The notes under the pieces: generated by a model
What the model saw: the letters and a program-made list of their open reading frames with translations, nothing else
Databases searched by the model: none
Told to the model about the DNA's origin: nothing
Shown here: positions 10,024 through 20,140 of the stretch, one piece after another
How the letters are laid out: each line of letters opens with the position of its first letter
How positions within the stretch are numbered: position 1 is the stretch's first letter
DNA from: Fidelibacterota bacterium
GTDB lineage: Bacteria; Fidelibacterota; Marinisomatia; Marinisomatales; TCS56
Direction: 5' to 3'
DNA: 44,485 bases
NCBI GenBank assembly: GCA_043822705.1
Contig: JBDRBK010000128.1
Location: 1 to 44,485, forward strand
Translations under genes and position numbers: made by a program

Positions 10024-10132
10024 ACACCTTTGATTAGCTGCTATTCGGATGTAAAAAAATAAGCAGGAAGCTTTGAAACTGGGAGCGGGGGAAACAACCA
10101 GTATTCTAAAAGGCTATCCTGCTTAATTCTAT
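9995..10132 (-). ncRNA. Candidate small RNA (about 135 nt) with long hairpin and CU-rich loop
   Basis: Minus-strand promoter upstream; stem TAAGCAGGA(10060-68)/TCCTGCTTA(10117-25) and ACTGG/CCAGT; ends at bidirectional terminator. Confidence 0.5.
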
Positions 10133-10138
10133 TTGAAA

Positions 10139-10165
10139 ATTATATCAAATACAGTAATAGGTCAA
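10139..10165 (-). promoter_or_regulatory. Sigma70-type promoter with extended -10
   Basis: TTGACC-N15-TATAAT with TGn immediately before the -10; spacer is short. Confidence 0.5.
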
Positions 10166-10301
10166 GAGTTTTCTGAGTAAATACTCCGAAAACTTTCAAG
10201 TTTTCCGTTTGTCGACGAAGAGAACATCCACCGATTGTCTTTAATACCAAAAAGAATAACCCGGCAATTTTTTTCCACACTCAACCTGTGTAATTTTTTC
10301 C

Positions 10302-10907
10302 ATGATAAACTGGCTTGACACACTTGATCATAAATTATTTCATTTGTTAAACGGCACTATTGCCAATCCCCTTCTGGATTGGTTAATGCCGATCATAACC
10401 AACCAGAATATTTGGGCCGTGCCCCTGCTAATCGTCTGGTTATTGTTGATCGTGAAAGGTGGCCGGCGCGGACGGATCGCCGCAGTTGTACTGTTAGTTG
10501 CAGTCGGCCTGACTGACATAATCGCGGCCCAGGTGATTAAGCCGTTGGTGGGACGTTTGCGACCGAGCCATTCGATGCCGGACCTGATAAATCTACTGGT
10601 GCGCCGGGGTGGCAAATATGGTTTTGTATCGAATCATGCGGCCAATATGTTTGCCGCGGCTACGGTATTGGGATATTTCTATGAGCGCTGGCGCAAAGGA
10701 TTATTCATGCTGGCAGCGGTAGTGGCATTCAGCCGGGTGTATGTCGGTGTTCATTATCCCGGCGATGTTCTGGCCGGGGCGGCCTTCGGCTATCTGGTGG
10801 CCTGGATAATACTGACCGGCTGGGTGCTAATTAAAATGCGCGAATTGAAACGGGGCCGGACCTGGGTCTGGTATGCCGGTCCCGCGGGCGATCTGCCGGT
10901 TAATTAG
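10302..10907 (+). CDS. PAP2-family membrane phosphatase
   Basis: K..VGRLRP, SNHAAN, SRVYVGVHYPGDV motifs. Confidence 0.92.
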   Translation: MINWLDTLDHKLFHLLNGTIANPLLDWLMPIITNQNIWAVPLLIVWLLLIVKGGRRGRIAAVVLLVAVGLTDIIAAQVIKPLVGRLRPSHSMPDLINLLVRRGGKYGFVSNHAANMFAAATVLGYFYERWRKGLFMLAAVVAFSRVYVGVHYPGDVLAGAAFGYLVAWIILTGWVLIKMRELKRGRTWVWYAGPAGDLPVN

Positions 10908-11208
10908 GCAGAACGTTTTCGGGGGGATTCACCCCAAAAGGGGCGCCCGGTGTTTTTACTTCGCCGTATTTCTCTTCGAATTTGCGAATATTATCCTGCA
11001 GGGCGGTCATAAACGCTTTGGCGTGCGGTGGTGCCATGATGATCCGTGAATGAACTTTGGCCTTGGATACGCCGGGCAATATTCGGGTAAAATCCAGGAC
11101 AAATTCAGCCGGTGAATGGGTCACGACGACGAAATTGGCATATTCACCGCTGCTCACATCCTGATCCAATTCAATATTGATCTGTTGGGTCTTTTTCTTT
11201 TCTTCCAT
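10900..11208 (-). CDS. DUF3467 family protein
   Basis: GEYANFVVVTHSPAEFVLDF...RIIMAPPHAK...NIRKFEEKYG. Confidence 0.88.
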   Translation of the reverse strand: MEEKKKTQQINIELDQDVSSGEYANFVVVTHSPAEFVLDFTRILPGVSKAKVHSRIIMAPPHAKAFMTALQDNIRKFEEKYGEVKTPGAPFGVNPPENVLPN

Positions 11209-11234
11209 TTTTCTCCCCGGCTGGATTCGTTTTA

Positions 11235-11621
11235 TTAAAATCCCTCGAATTCACGCCGATTGAAATCTTCCCAGTCCTCCTCAATCCCTTCGAAATCATC
11301 ATATTCGGGACCATCTTCTTCAACGACCTGGCCATCCATTTCATTCTCGTAAAGACTGAAAGTATCTTTTTTGCGCTCGAATTCGGCGGGATCGATCTCT
11401 TCCTCGTCGGTAGCTTCCAGTCGCTCAATATCCTCACTGTAAACGTCGGTATCGAAAAAATCCAGATTTTCGACGATTCCGTGAGTCATCAAATATTCCA
11501 GAAAATCAAGGTACTTGCGATCTCGTAAATCTGTTTTACATATACTACAGATCAATGATTCCTTAAGCTGATCTTCTTCAAGGGAGCTTTCACAAACGGG
11601 ACAAATTATTCCTTCTAACAT
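11235..11621 (-). CDS. Hypothetical protein, N-terminal zinc ribbon and very acidic C-terminus
   Basis: CPVC...CSIC; D/E-rich tail. Confidence 0.7.
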   Translation of the reverse strand: MLEGIICPVCESSLEEDQLKESLICSICKTDLRDRKYLDFLEYLMTHGIVENLDFFDTDVYSEDIERLEATDEEEIDPAEFERKKDTFSLYENEMDGQVVEEDGPEYDDFEGIEEDWEDFNRREFEGF

Positions 11622-11700
11622 CTATTTTTTCCTGAAAAATCGGGGCAAAATATAACTGGCTGACCGGGCCTCGTCAACACTAATATTACCAATCGGAATA

Positions 11701-12930
11701 TTAATCCCGGCTATAATATTTTTCGCTATCGGCATAGATCGCCGACAAAAGCCGGTCCGTCGCCGGTGAAAGGGTCCAATTCCGACGTCCCATAACTATC
11801 CTGGCAGTAGCGATAAATTTAGCATAAGAGTAGCAACTTGCCTTTTCGTTAACCAGAAACGTGAATGGCGGTATCAGCCTGGGCGGGAAGAAACCGCTGA
11901 CCACGCTGGAGCCGGTGCCGATAATCGTCCCCGAATTGAGCGGAGTATTAATTCCGGTCTTCACATGATCGCCCAGGTAAACACCGGCATGGACCAGTCC
12001 GCTGTCTATTGCCCTTCCATTGACCATGACCGATACGTTGCCGTAATTATTCTTCAAATTGCTGTTGGTCGTTCCGGCACCGAGATTGACCCATTCCCCC
12101 AGATATGAATCGCCGAGGAAACCATAATGACTTTTATTGGAATAGCCCTGGATAACGGTTCCCTTGATTTCACCACCGAGGTTGCACACCGGACCGATGG
12201 CGCAACCGTTCCTAAGGACGGTGTGGGGGCTCAGATGACAGCCGGGACCAATATAGACCGGTCCAGTGATGACAACGAACGGATCAACGGTGACATTTTC
12301 CGAAATCAGGACCGGTCCCACGGTAGCATCAATAAATACCATAGGTGAAATCATGACGTCACGGCCAATAAAAATATTTTCCCGTTTGATCAGGTAGACT
12401 CCCGGATAATCGGCAGCGTTGGGAACACCGGCCGGAAACCAGCGCTGATCGTCGACCAGAGTCGCCGGCAGGGCCTGATTGATATCCCAAAGACGGCGGG
12501 CCACCTGGACAGACAAATTGTGTCGCGGTATGGTTGCCTGGCAGGCATTCACAACCGGACCTCCGCTATTCAACCATTCCTGCCCCTCCTCGGCCGTGAG
12601 GCGGGCGGCCACCGGAATCTCAGCACTATAGAACAGGCCCGGTGGGGCGATCAGCAATTCCGCCAGCGTTTTATCATCCCAGTAGACATTGCCCAGCAGC
12701 CATAATCCGTCCTCGGCCACCGCAGGATTCACACTGAAATCCGGATGGGTTTCGGCCACGGTGTCAACCAGGAGTAGTCGCACCACCAACCGAATTTCGC
12801 CGTCCGGCACCATTTTCCGCAAACGTTCCAGAAAGGTAAACGCGCCGCAGCGCAGATCAAATGCCGGCCGTGTTTGTGTGAGCGGTTCGAAATCAACCGC
12901 AAACCGGTCCTCAAAAATGTATATTATCAT
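11701..12930 (-). CDS. GlmU-like sugar nucleotidyltransferase/hexapeptide acyltransferase
   Basis: PLTQTRPAFDLRCG N-terminus; hexapeptide repeats; NKSHYGFLGDSYLGEWVNLGAGT.NSNLKNNY. Confidence 0.85.
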   Translation of the reverse strand: MIIYIFEDRFAVDFEPLTQTRPAFDLRCGAFTFLERLRKMVPDGEIRLVVRLLLVDTVAETHPDFSVNPAVAEDGLWLLGNVYWDDKTLAELLIAPPGLFYSAEIPVAARLTAEEGQEWLNSGGPVVNACQATIPRHNLSVQVARRLWDINQALPATLVDDQRWFPAGVPNAADYPGVYLIKRENIFIGRDVMISPMVFIDATVGPVLISENVTVDPFVVITGPVYIGPGCHLSPHTVLRNGCAIGPVCNLGGEIKGTVIQGYSNKSHYGFLGDSYLGEWVNLGAGTTNSNLKNNYGNVSVMVNGRAIDSGLVHAGVYLGDHVKTGINTPLNSGTIIGTGSSVVSGFFPPRLIPPFTFLVNEKASCYSYAKFIATARIVMGRRNWTLSPATDRLLSAIYADSEKYYSRD

Positions 12931-13493
12931 TATAACCCCAGTATTTTTTGTATATTTACATATCCTTGCTCAATGAATGATTCGGGTTTGCGATCGACTT
13001 CAAGATTATAAAACTCGTAGGAATATTCGGATTTAAACCCAACCCGCAGGGGAGCCCGGGAATACCATACCAGAGTGGCGGACGGTAAATTGAATTCCGG
13101 GTTTAAGTCCACTACGGCATCGTAAGGCTGGTTATAGATTCGCGACAACGTCTCCGGCCGGGGCAATCCCCACCAATTGAAATCTTCCACCGCATAGGTT
13201 TTCACGGTGGCCTGATCCCGGATCCAAGCCAACGCTTCAAGGGACGTTTTACCCAGCACGTGAACCACCATCCCGGGATTGGCCAGCACCGTTCGCAGGA
13301 AAAACTGAGCGATGCGAAAGTAGGTTTGATCTTCCGGAAAAACAACCAGCACTCTGGTTAACCCGGCGCCCTGGCTCCGGAAAGCGAGCGGCCGGTGGAG
13401 TTCGGCGGCCGGGTGAACGTTCCGTTGCGCCCATTTCAGTGCCAAGCGCTTGCGTATCGGTATTTTCATAGGTCCAGAATATAACTTTTTCAT
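12930..13493 (-). CDS. Hypothetical protein (DUF6913 / GT9 N-terminal-like)
   Basis: FNWWGLP, YDAVVDLN, APLRVGF, YNL motifs; start could be 13469. Confidence 0.65.
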   Translation of the reverse strand: MKKLYSGPMKIPIRKRLALKWAQRNVHPAAELHRPLAFRSQGAGLTRVLVVFPEDQTYFRIAQFFLRTVLANPGMVVHVLGKTSLEALAWIRDQATVKTYAVEDFNWWGLPRPETLSRIYNQPYDAVVDLNPEFNLPSATLVWYSRAPLRVGFKSEYSYEFYNLEVDRKPESFIEQGYVNIQKILGL

Positions 13494-13519
13494 AAATCCG
13501 ATACTGCTTAGTTTTGACT

Positions 13520-15022
13520 ATGTTTAAAAAGATTTTGGTGGCGAATCGTGGAGAAATCGCTATCAGGGTTCTACGGACCTGCCGGGAAATGGGTATCGCA
13601 ACAGTCGGAATATATTCCACCGCCGACCGCACCGCGCCGCATATTCTGATGTCCGATGAAGCCTATCCCGTCGGACCGCCCCCGGCCGCCGAGAGTTACC
13701 TGAATATCGACCGGATCATGGCTGTCGCCCGGCAGTCCGGCGCCGAGGCAATACATCCCGGGTACGGTTTTTTGTCGGAAAATATTGAATTCGCACAAGC
13801 GATTGAAGCTAACGGTCTGACCTGGATCGGACCGCCGCCGGCGGCCATCCGCGAGCTGGGCGACAAGACCGCCGCCCGGCAACGGGCGCTCCAGGCCAGC
13901 GTACCGGTGGTGCCGGGTCTCGAACGGCCGTTAACTGACAGCGATGATCCGCAGGCAATCGCTCGTGAGATCGGCTACCCGGTGCTGGTAAAAGCGGCCG
14001 GCGGCGGTGGCGGCAAAGGCATGCGGATCGTTGCCCGTCCAGCTGATCTGGCAGCAGGACTGGAACGGGCCCGCTCGGAAGCCAAATCCTCTTTTGCCGA
14101 CGACCGGATATACATCGAGAAATACCTTGAAGACCCGCATCATATCGAGGTTCAGATCCTGGCCGACCAGCACGGCAGTTGCATCGCCCTGGGAGAGCGG
14201 GAATGCTCGATCCAGCGACGCTATCAGAAAATAATCGAAGAGACGCCGTCACCGTTTATCGCTCCCGGCCTGCGGCAGGCCTTGCTGGATCAGGCCGTGG
14301 AGCTGGCACGGGCCGCCGATTATGTCGGCGCCGGGACGGTGGAATTTCTGGTCGATGCCCGGCATAATTTTTACTTTCTGGAAATGAACACGCGGCTCCA
14401 GGTCGAACATCCGATCACCGAAGTCGTTACCGGGATCGACCTGGTGCGGCAGCAGATTCGCATCGCCTGGGGCGAACCGCTGGAATTCCGCCAGGCTGAT
14501 CTCAAATTCCACGGACACGCCATCGAATGCAGAATCTACGCCGAGGATGGTTTCAATAATTTCACGCCATCGGTCGGAACGATCCACGAGCTGGTCCTGC
14601 CGGACGGATTCGGCGTGCGTCTCGATCACGGCCTGCGGATGGGCGAGGAGGTCACGCCTTATTACGATCCGCTGCTGGGTAAATTAATCATTCACGGCTC
14701 GACCCGCGAAGGCGCCATTTCCGGGATGCGTCGGGCCCTGTCGGAATTCCATATTGTCGGCGTCGAAACTGTCATACCCTTCTGCCTGGCGGTAATGAAC
14801 AATCCCAACTTCATTCAGGGTCGCTATGACACCCATTTCATCCAGAAGGAAATGGACGCAATCGGTCGCCAGGTGGCCGTCGCCGCGGCCGGCAAACGGG
14901 ATGTGGGCGCCGTGGCAGCGGCTCTCCACCATACGCTGGCAACCGACCGGCCACGACCGCAAAACGGCGTTACCACGGCCAGCAACTGGAAGCTCCAGGG
15001 CCGCCGGCAGGAACAACAATGA
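13520..15022 (+). CDS. accC: Biotin carboxylase subunit of acyl-CoA (probably propionyl-CoA) carboxylase
   Basis: KKILVANRGEIA, HPGYGFLSE, GGGGKGMR, RECSIQRR, EMNTRLQVEHP, ECRIYAED. Confidence 0.93.
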   Translation: MFKKILVANRGEIAIRVLRTCREMGIATVGIYSTADRTAPHILMSDEAYPVGPPPAAESYLNIDRIMAVARQSGAEAIHPGYGFLSENIEFAQAIEANGLTWIGPPPAAIRELGDKTAARQRALQASVPVVPGLERPLTDSDDPQAIAREIGYPVLVKAAGGGGGKGMRIVARPADLAAGLERARSEAKSSFADDRIYIEKYLEDPHHIEVQILADQHGSCIALGERECSIQRRYQKIIEETPSPFIAPGLRQALLDQAVELARAADYVGAGTVEFLVDARHNFYFLEMNTRLQVEHPITEVVTGIDLVRQQIRIAWGEPLEFRQADLKFHGHAIECRIYAEDGFNNFTPSVGTIHELVLPDGFGVRLDHGLRMGEEVTPYYDPLLGKLIIHGSTREGAISGMRRALSEFHIVGVETVIPFCLAVMNNPNFIQGRYDTHFIQKEMDAIGRQVAVAAAGKRDVGAVAAALHHTLATDRPRPQNGVTTASNWKLQGRRQEQQ

Positions 15023-15528
15023 AATTCAAGGCGCTGATCGACGATCTGACACTGGAATTCGCCGTCGAGCGGCAAGCCGCTGGCTTCCTGGTTCGGATGA
15101 CCGACCGTGTCCAGAACATCGACTGCATCCGGCTCAGCCCCTATTCCTATTCACTGATTATCAACGGCGCCTCGCATTACCTGAGCCTGACCGTCAAGAA
15201 CGGCGGCTACCGGGTCACAATCGACCAGCAGTCTTTCTGCGTGCGACTCAAGGACGAGACGCAAATCCTGCTGGAAAAATTCGGACTCAATCCGACCGCC
15301 GCCGGTACGGCGCAGAATATTCTGGCGCCGATACCGGGTTTGGTGAAACAGATTCTGGTAAAACCGGGTGACCGGGTCAACCTGAAGGATAAATTATTGA
15401 TCCTGGAAGCGATGAAAATGGAGAATGAAATTCTGAGCACGGCCAGCGGGACCGTGGGGGAAATATTTGTAAAACAGGGCATCACCAAGAACAAGGGTGA
15501 TCTGCTGCTGCGAATCGACGGAGATTAA
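15019..15528 (+). CDS. Biotin carboxyl carrier protein with N-terminal BT-like domain
   Basis: APIPG, LEAMKMENEI biotinylation motif; ATGA overlap. Confidence 0.92.
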   Translation: MKFKALIDDLTLEFAVERQAAGFLVRMTDRVQNIDCIRLSPYSYSLIINGASHYLSLTVKNGGYRVTIDQQSFCVRLKDETQILLEKFGLNPTAAGTAQNILAPIPGLVKQILVKPGDRVNLKDKLLILEAMKMENEILSTASGTVGEIFVKQGITKNKGDLLLRIDGD

Positions 15529-15534
15529 TTCGAT

Positions 15535-16284
15535 ATGGCAATTGGTAAAAGATTACTGTGGGGTGGTATCGGCTGGGCATTCGGCGGTCCGATCGGGGGG
15601 ATTATCGGTTTCGCATTAGCCACAATGAGCGAACAGCAGGCCGGCGCGGGCAGCTACAATTTCGGCGGCGGATATCGCAGTTCGACCGACTCCAGGCGGA
15701 CCCAACCCGGGGATTTTGCCGTCGCGCTGCTGGTGCTGCTGGCATCGGTCATGAAGGCGGACCGGCAACTGTTGAAGTCAGAACTGGAATATGTGAAGCA
15801 ATTCCTGTTGCGTCAGTTCAGCCCGGTCGATGCCCAGGAATTGATGACGCTGTTCCGCGACATTCTCGAGCAGGACTATCCCCTGCGGGATGTCTGCCGG
15901 CAGATTCAGCACTCCATGGATCACCCCAGCCGGCTGGAATTGATCCATGTGCTGTTCGGCCTGTCAATGGCGGATGGCCAGATTCATCCCCAGGAAGATG
16001 AAATTATCCGGCGCATCGCCCGCTGGATCAATGTAAATGATTCCGATTTCGATTCGATCCAGGCGATGTTTATCGGCAGCGGCGATGCCGCCTACAAAAT
16101 CCTGGAAATCAATTCCGACGTTAACGATGAAGAAGTGAAAAAGGCCTACCGCCGAATGGCCAACAAGTATCATCCCGACAAGGTGGAGCATCTGGGTACC
16201 GATTTACGCAAACTGGCGGAGGAAAAATTCAAGTCCGTCAACGACGCCTACCAGAGCATTAAAAAAGAGCGCCGGTTCACATGA
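15535..16284 (+). CDS. djlA: DjlA-like co-chaperone (TM, TerB and J domain)
   Basis: Gly-rich N-terminal anchor; TerB-like ADG..HPQE; J-domain with HPD. Confidence 0.85.
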   Translation: MAIGKRLLWGGIGWAFGGPIGGIIGFALATMSEQQAGAGSYNFGGGYRSSTDSRRTQPGDFAVALLVLLASVMKADRQLLKSELEYVKQFLLRQFSPVDAQELMTLFRDILEQDYPLRDVCRQIQHSMDHPSRLELIHVLFGLSMADGQIHPQEDEIIRRIARWINVNDSDFDSIQAMFIGSGDAAYKILEINSDVNDEEVKKAYRRMANKYHPDKVEHLGTDLRKLAEEKFKSVNDAYQSIKKERRFT

Positions 16285-17771
16285 TCGAAAAACCCGGGGA
16301 ATTTCCGTTCACCCGCGGCATTCATCCTGATATGTACCGCAGCCGCCTGTGGACCACCCGCCAGTACGCCGGTTTCACCTCGGCCGAAGAGTCCAATCGG
16401 CGCAACCGCTATCTGCTGGATCAGGGCGTGATGGGGCTGTCGGTGGCCTTCGACCTGCCGACCCAGATCGGCTATGATTCCGATCACCCGCTGGCCGCCG
16501 GCGAAGTCGGTCGGGTTGGTGTGCCGATCGCGACCCCGGACAATATGGAACGGCTTTTCCACGCCATACCGCTGGATAGGGTATCGACCTCGATGACGAT
16601 CAACGCCACCGCCGCGATCCTGCTGGCCAATTATATTGTCGTGGCCGAAAATCAGGGCGTGCCGGCGGACAAGCTGACCGGTACGATCCAGAACGACATC
16701 CTGAAAGAATATATTGCACGCGGAACCTACATCTACCCGCCGGAGCCTTCGATGCGGCTGGTGACCGACACCTTTGAATTCTGCGCCAGCCATATCCCAA
16801 AATGGAATACCATTTCGATTTCCGGATACCATATCCGCGAGGCCGGCAGCACCGCAGCCCAGGAACTGGCCTTCACCCTGGCCAACGGCATCGCCTACGT
16901 GGAAGCCGCCCGGCTGCGCGGCCTGGATGCCAATACCTTTGGCGCCCGCCTGTCCTTTTTCTTCAACGCCCACAACGGTTTCCTGACCGAGATTGCGAAA
17001 TTCCGAGCGGCCCGTCGGCTCTGGGCGACAATCATGAAAGACCGCTTTGAGGTCACCAATCCCAAGGCCCAGGTGCTGCGTTTTCACACCCAGACCGGCG
17101 GCTCGACCCTGGCCGCCCGCCAGATCGACAACAACGTCGTCCGCACCACCCTGCAGGCCCTGTCGGCGGTACTGGGCGGGACCCAGTCGCTGCATACCAA
17201 CAGCCGCGACGAAGCACTGGCCCTGCCATCGGCCGAAGCGGCCCGACTGGCACTACGCACCCAGCAAATCATCGCCCATGAGACCGGTATTCCCGACTAT
17301 CCCGATCCATTCGGCGGCAGTCATGTGGTCGAGGAACTCACCGACCAGATAGAAGCCGAAGCCCGGGGACTGATCGCCGAAATCGACCGGCGCGGCGGCG
17401 CCGTACGCGCCATCGACCAGGGCTGGATTCAGAGTGAGATCGCCGCCAGCGCCTATCACTTTCAACAGGAACTGGACTGCGGCGACCGGATTCTGGTCGG
17501 CGTCAATAAATACACCGGCGACGACGAAACCGCACCGGAATTACTTAAAATCGACCGGGCGGCGGTGGATCGGCAGGTCGCCCATATGCGTGAATTCAAG
17601 CAGGCGCGGGATAATTCCGCCGTCGCCGAACATCTGCACGACCTGATCGCCATCGCGAGTGGGACCGATAACCTGCTGCCGCCGATCATCGACTGCGTGC
17701 GCAGCCGCTGTACCGTGGGTGAGATCGCCGACGCACTGCGTGGCGTGTTCGGCGAATATAAAGCAACGTGA
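16281..17771 (+). CDS. Methylmalonyl-CoA mutase, substrate-binding large subunit (no B12-binding domain)
   Basis: [52 protein letters not shown]; no DxHxxG motif. Confidence 0.92.
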   Translation: MIEKPGEFPFTRGIHPDMYRSRLWTTRQYAGFTSAEESNRRNRYLLDQGVMGLSVAFDLPTQIGYDSDHPLAAGEVGRVGVPIATPDNMERLFHAIPLDRVSTSMTINATAAILLANYIVVAENQGVPADKLTGTIQNDILKEYIARGTYIYPPEPSMRLVTDTFEFCASHIPKWNTISISGYHIREAGSTAAQELAFTLANGIAYVEAARLRGLDANTFGARLSFFFNAHNGFLTEIAKFRAARRLWATIMKDRFEVTNPKAQVLRFHTQTGGSTLAARQIDNNVVRTTLQALSAVLGGTQSLHTNSRDEALALPSAEAARLALRTQQIIAHETGIPDYPDPFGGSHVVEELTDQIEAEARGLIAEIDRRGGAVRAIDQGWIQSEIAASAYHFQQELDCGDRILVGVNKYTGDDETAPELLKIDRAAVDRQVAHMREFKQARDNSAVAEHLHDLIAIASGTDNLLPPIIDCVRSRCTVGEIADALRGVFGEYKAT

Positions 17772-17941
17772 TATTGGTCATGCCGCGCCATTCTTATCTC
17801 TTTGAATAGTGTTTATTTCGTAATTTCGATCTGGTTTTCCGGATAATTGCGATAAATCAATAGAACTTACCGACTTTTACCGCGTATAAGACCCAACTTG
17901 GTTTTCCAATTACGATGATTATCAATATGCGAGGGAGCATA

Positions 17942-18763
17942 ATGAAAAAATTTACTCTTCTTCTGCTGCTGCTGGTGCTGCTGGTTTCCTGCGCCAAGAA
18001 AACCGAAGAACTGGTCAGCCCCGATTCCCCGGCCGGCGTAACGCCGACCAGCGAGTCGGACCGCCTTAAAATGAACAATCAGGGTGGCGATCCTAAATTC
18101 GATCAGGCCGCCGCTAAAACCGCAGCCGTGAGCGAAACGACCCCGGTTGCCAGTGAAGCAAAGACCACCGTCAGTACTGCACCGGCGCCAGTCGTGGTAG
18201 ATGAGTCGGCTGAACAGCAGATGATCGCCGAGATCGAACCGGTCGTAAAAATCGTTGAACCGGCAACTGCTGCGCCAGAACCGAAAGCCGTTACGCCAAA
18301 ACCAGTAGCAGTCAAACCGGTCGTGGATAAAGTGACGATCACGCCGCCGCTGCCGAAACCGGAAGTGGTCTTCACCGACAGCAGTTTCCAGGACTACATG
18401 ATCAAGCGCGACGACTACCTCAGCAAGATTGCCAAGAAAGAATACGGCGACTGGCTGATGTGGAAAAAAATCTATGAATGGAACCGCGAGGAAATCGGTC
18501 CCAACCCGAATCTGATCTACCCCTATCGTTTCATCGACCTGCTGAAACCGACCGCACAGGTCAAAAATTGCCCGGTCGAATACTACTCCTACAAGATTTC
18601 CCGGGGGGAGACCCTCTGGTCGATCGCTGGCAAGGTTTTTGATGATGAATTAGCCTGGATCATCCTGTATTTCGATAATGAGGACATGATCGAAAACAAC
18701 GCCGGTATTATCAATCCCGGAATGGAACTGAAATTGCGGAAAAAACTTGATCCTTGTAGCTGA
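17942..18763 (+). CDS. Lipoprotein with P/A/V-rich linker and two LysM domains
   Basis: RBS GGGAG, lipobox LLVSC, DYLSKIAKKEYG and GETLWSIAGKVF LysM repeats. Confidence 0.85.
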   Translation: MKKFTLLLLLLVLLVSCAKKTEELVSPDSPAGVTPTSESDRLKMNNQGGDPKFDQAAAKTAAVSETTPVASEAKTTVSTAPAPVVVDESAEQQMIAEIEPVVKIVEPATAAPEPKAVTPKPVAVKPVVDKVTITPPLPKPEVVFTDSSFQDYMIKRDDYLSKIAKKEYGDWLMWKKIYEWNREEIGPNPNLIYPYRFIDLLKPTAQVKNCPVEYYSYKISRGETLWSIAGKVFDDELAWIILYFDNEDMIENNAGIINPGMELKLRKKLDPCS

Positions 18764-18775
18764 TACGATGCGCCG

Positions 18776-19351
18776 ATGATTCCAATTGCCAAATTGATTT
18801 CCAACCTGTTCAGCCCGGTCATCGTGGCGCCCGCGGCCTTTGCGATCCTGATCAGTCAGGCCGGCCTGCCCGGCCACCGCATGCTGATCTGGCTGGTTAT
18901 CCTGGTTTTTGCGGCAATCGTACCGCTGCTGATGCTGCTGTGGCTGCGGCACCGGGGTGCCATCACCGACCTGAATGTGTCGCGCCGCGATCAACGCCTA
19001 GTCCCGCTGTTAGTCAGCATGCTGTCATACGGCGCCGCCTATATCATCCTGGAACTGTTGAAAGCGGATAATTTCACCCGGGGACTGGTATTCTGTTCGC
19101 TGACCAACCTGATCATTGTCATCTTCATTACCCGCTATTGGAAGATTTCGATCCACGCCGCTGGCCTGACCAGTCCGCTGGCGGCCCTGTGGGTGTTGTG
19201 GAATTCCTACGCCTGGCCGATGGCCGCTCTGGCCGCCCTGGTGGGCACATCACGGGTGATCCTGAAGGCCCACACCCCCGCCCAGGTCGTGGTCGGTTCC
19301 ATATTCGGCTTTACCCTGACGGTTATTCAGCTCAAATTATTCTTTATTTGA
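18776..19351 (+). CDS. Integral membrane PAP2-like protein
   Basis: Multiple TM helices; WKISIH, SRVILKAHTPAQV. Confidence 0.75.
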   Translation: MIPIAKLISNLFSPVIVAPAAFAILISQAGLPGHRMLIWLVILVFAAIVPLLMLLWLRHRGAITDLNVSRRDQRLVPLLVSMLSYGAAYIILELLKADNFTRGLVFCSLTNLIIVIFITRYWKISIHAAGLTSPLAALWVLWNSYAWPMAALAALVGTSRVILKAHTPAQVVVGSIFGFTLTVIQLKLFFI

Positions 19352-19354
19352 ATC

Positions 19355-20140
19355 GTGTTTGCGATCCACGAAGTTAACGCACTTCTGGAAGACGACCGCG
19401 AATTCTGGCAGCTGGTCTATTATCCCCGGTTGGATTCCACCAACACCGAGACCTGGCGCCTATTCGAATCCAACGGCAGCGCTGGAACCGTCGTTATCAC
19501 CGATGATCAAACCGCCGGCCGCGGCCGTGGCGCCCATACCTGGCTGGCACGTCCGGGGCTGGGACTGACCTTTTCGATCCTGCTGCAACCAGACCTGGCC
19601 GCCGACCGGGCCGGACTACTGCCGATCATCAGCGGCGTGGCCGTGGCGGAAGCGCTGGCCGACGCCGGGCTGCCGGCGCAACTGAAGTGGCCCAACGATA
19701 TTTATCTGAACGGCAAAAAGACCGGCGGCATCCTCTGCGAAAGCCGGATTTCCGGTCGCCGGCTGACCGCCGCCGTGATCGGGATCGGGCTGAATGTAAA
19801 CAACACTCATACCGATTTTCCGCCCAGCCTGCGGCAACGGGCGACATCCCTGCGAAATGAATCCGGCCGCAAATTCCGACGGGAAAGCCTGCTGGCCGCC
19901 ATCCTCAACCGGCTGCGGTTATGGCTGGCACAACCCGATTACGGCGCCGCCCGGCTGGTGCAGCACTGGCAACGCGCGGCCCTGCTGATTGGTGCGACCG
20001 TCACAATGAATGTCGCCGGAACCAAAGTAATTGGTAAATTCGCGGGGATCAATAATCGGGGCGAGGCGCTGATTGCGGCGGAAGGGAAAACCGCTCCCTT
20101 TGCCAGCGGTACAATCAACGAATTCCGGGAGGTCGAATGA
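19355..20140 (+). CDS. birA: Biotin--[acetyl-CoA-carboxylase] ligase (no HTH)
   Basis: DSTN, QTAGRGR, KWPND, KKTGGIL, GIGLNV. Confidence 0.95.
   Translation: MFAIHEVNALLEDDREFWQLVYYPRLDSTNTETWRLFESNGSAGTVVITDDQTAGRGRGAHTWLARPGLGLTFSILLQPDLAADRAGLLPIISGVAVAEALADAGLPAQLKWPNDIYLNGKKTGGILCESRISGRRLTAAVIGIGLNVNNTHTDFPPSLRQRATSLRNESGRKFRRESLLAAILNRLRLWLAQPDYGAARLVQHWQRAALLIGATVTMNVAGTKVIGKFAGINNRGEALIAAEGKTAPFASGTINEFREVE

Noticed and set aside
10055..10130. SRP or 6S RNA identity for the hairpin
   Set aside because: No SRP domain IV tetraloop motif; too short and lacking the central bubble of 6S.
16248..17195. 315-aa minus-strand ORF
   Set aside because: Antisense shadow of methylmalonyl-CoA mutase; no motifs.
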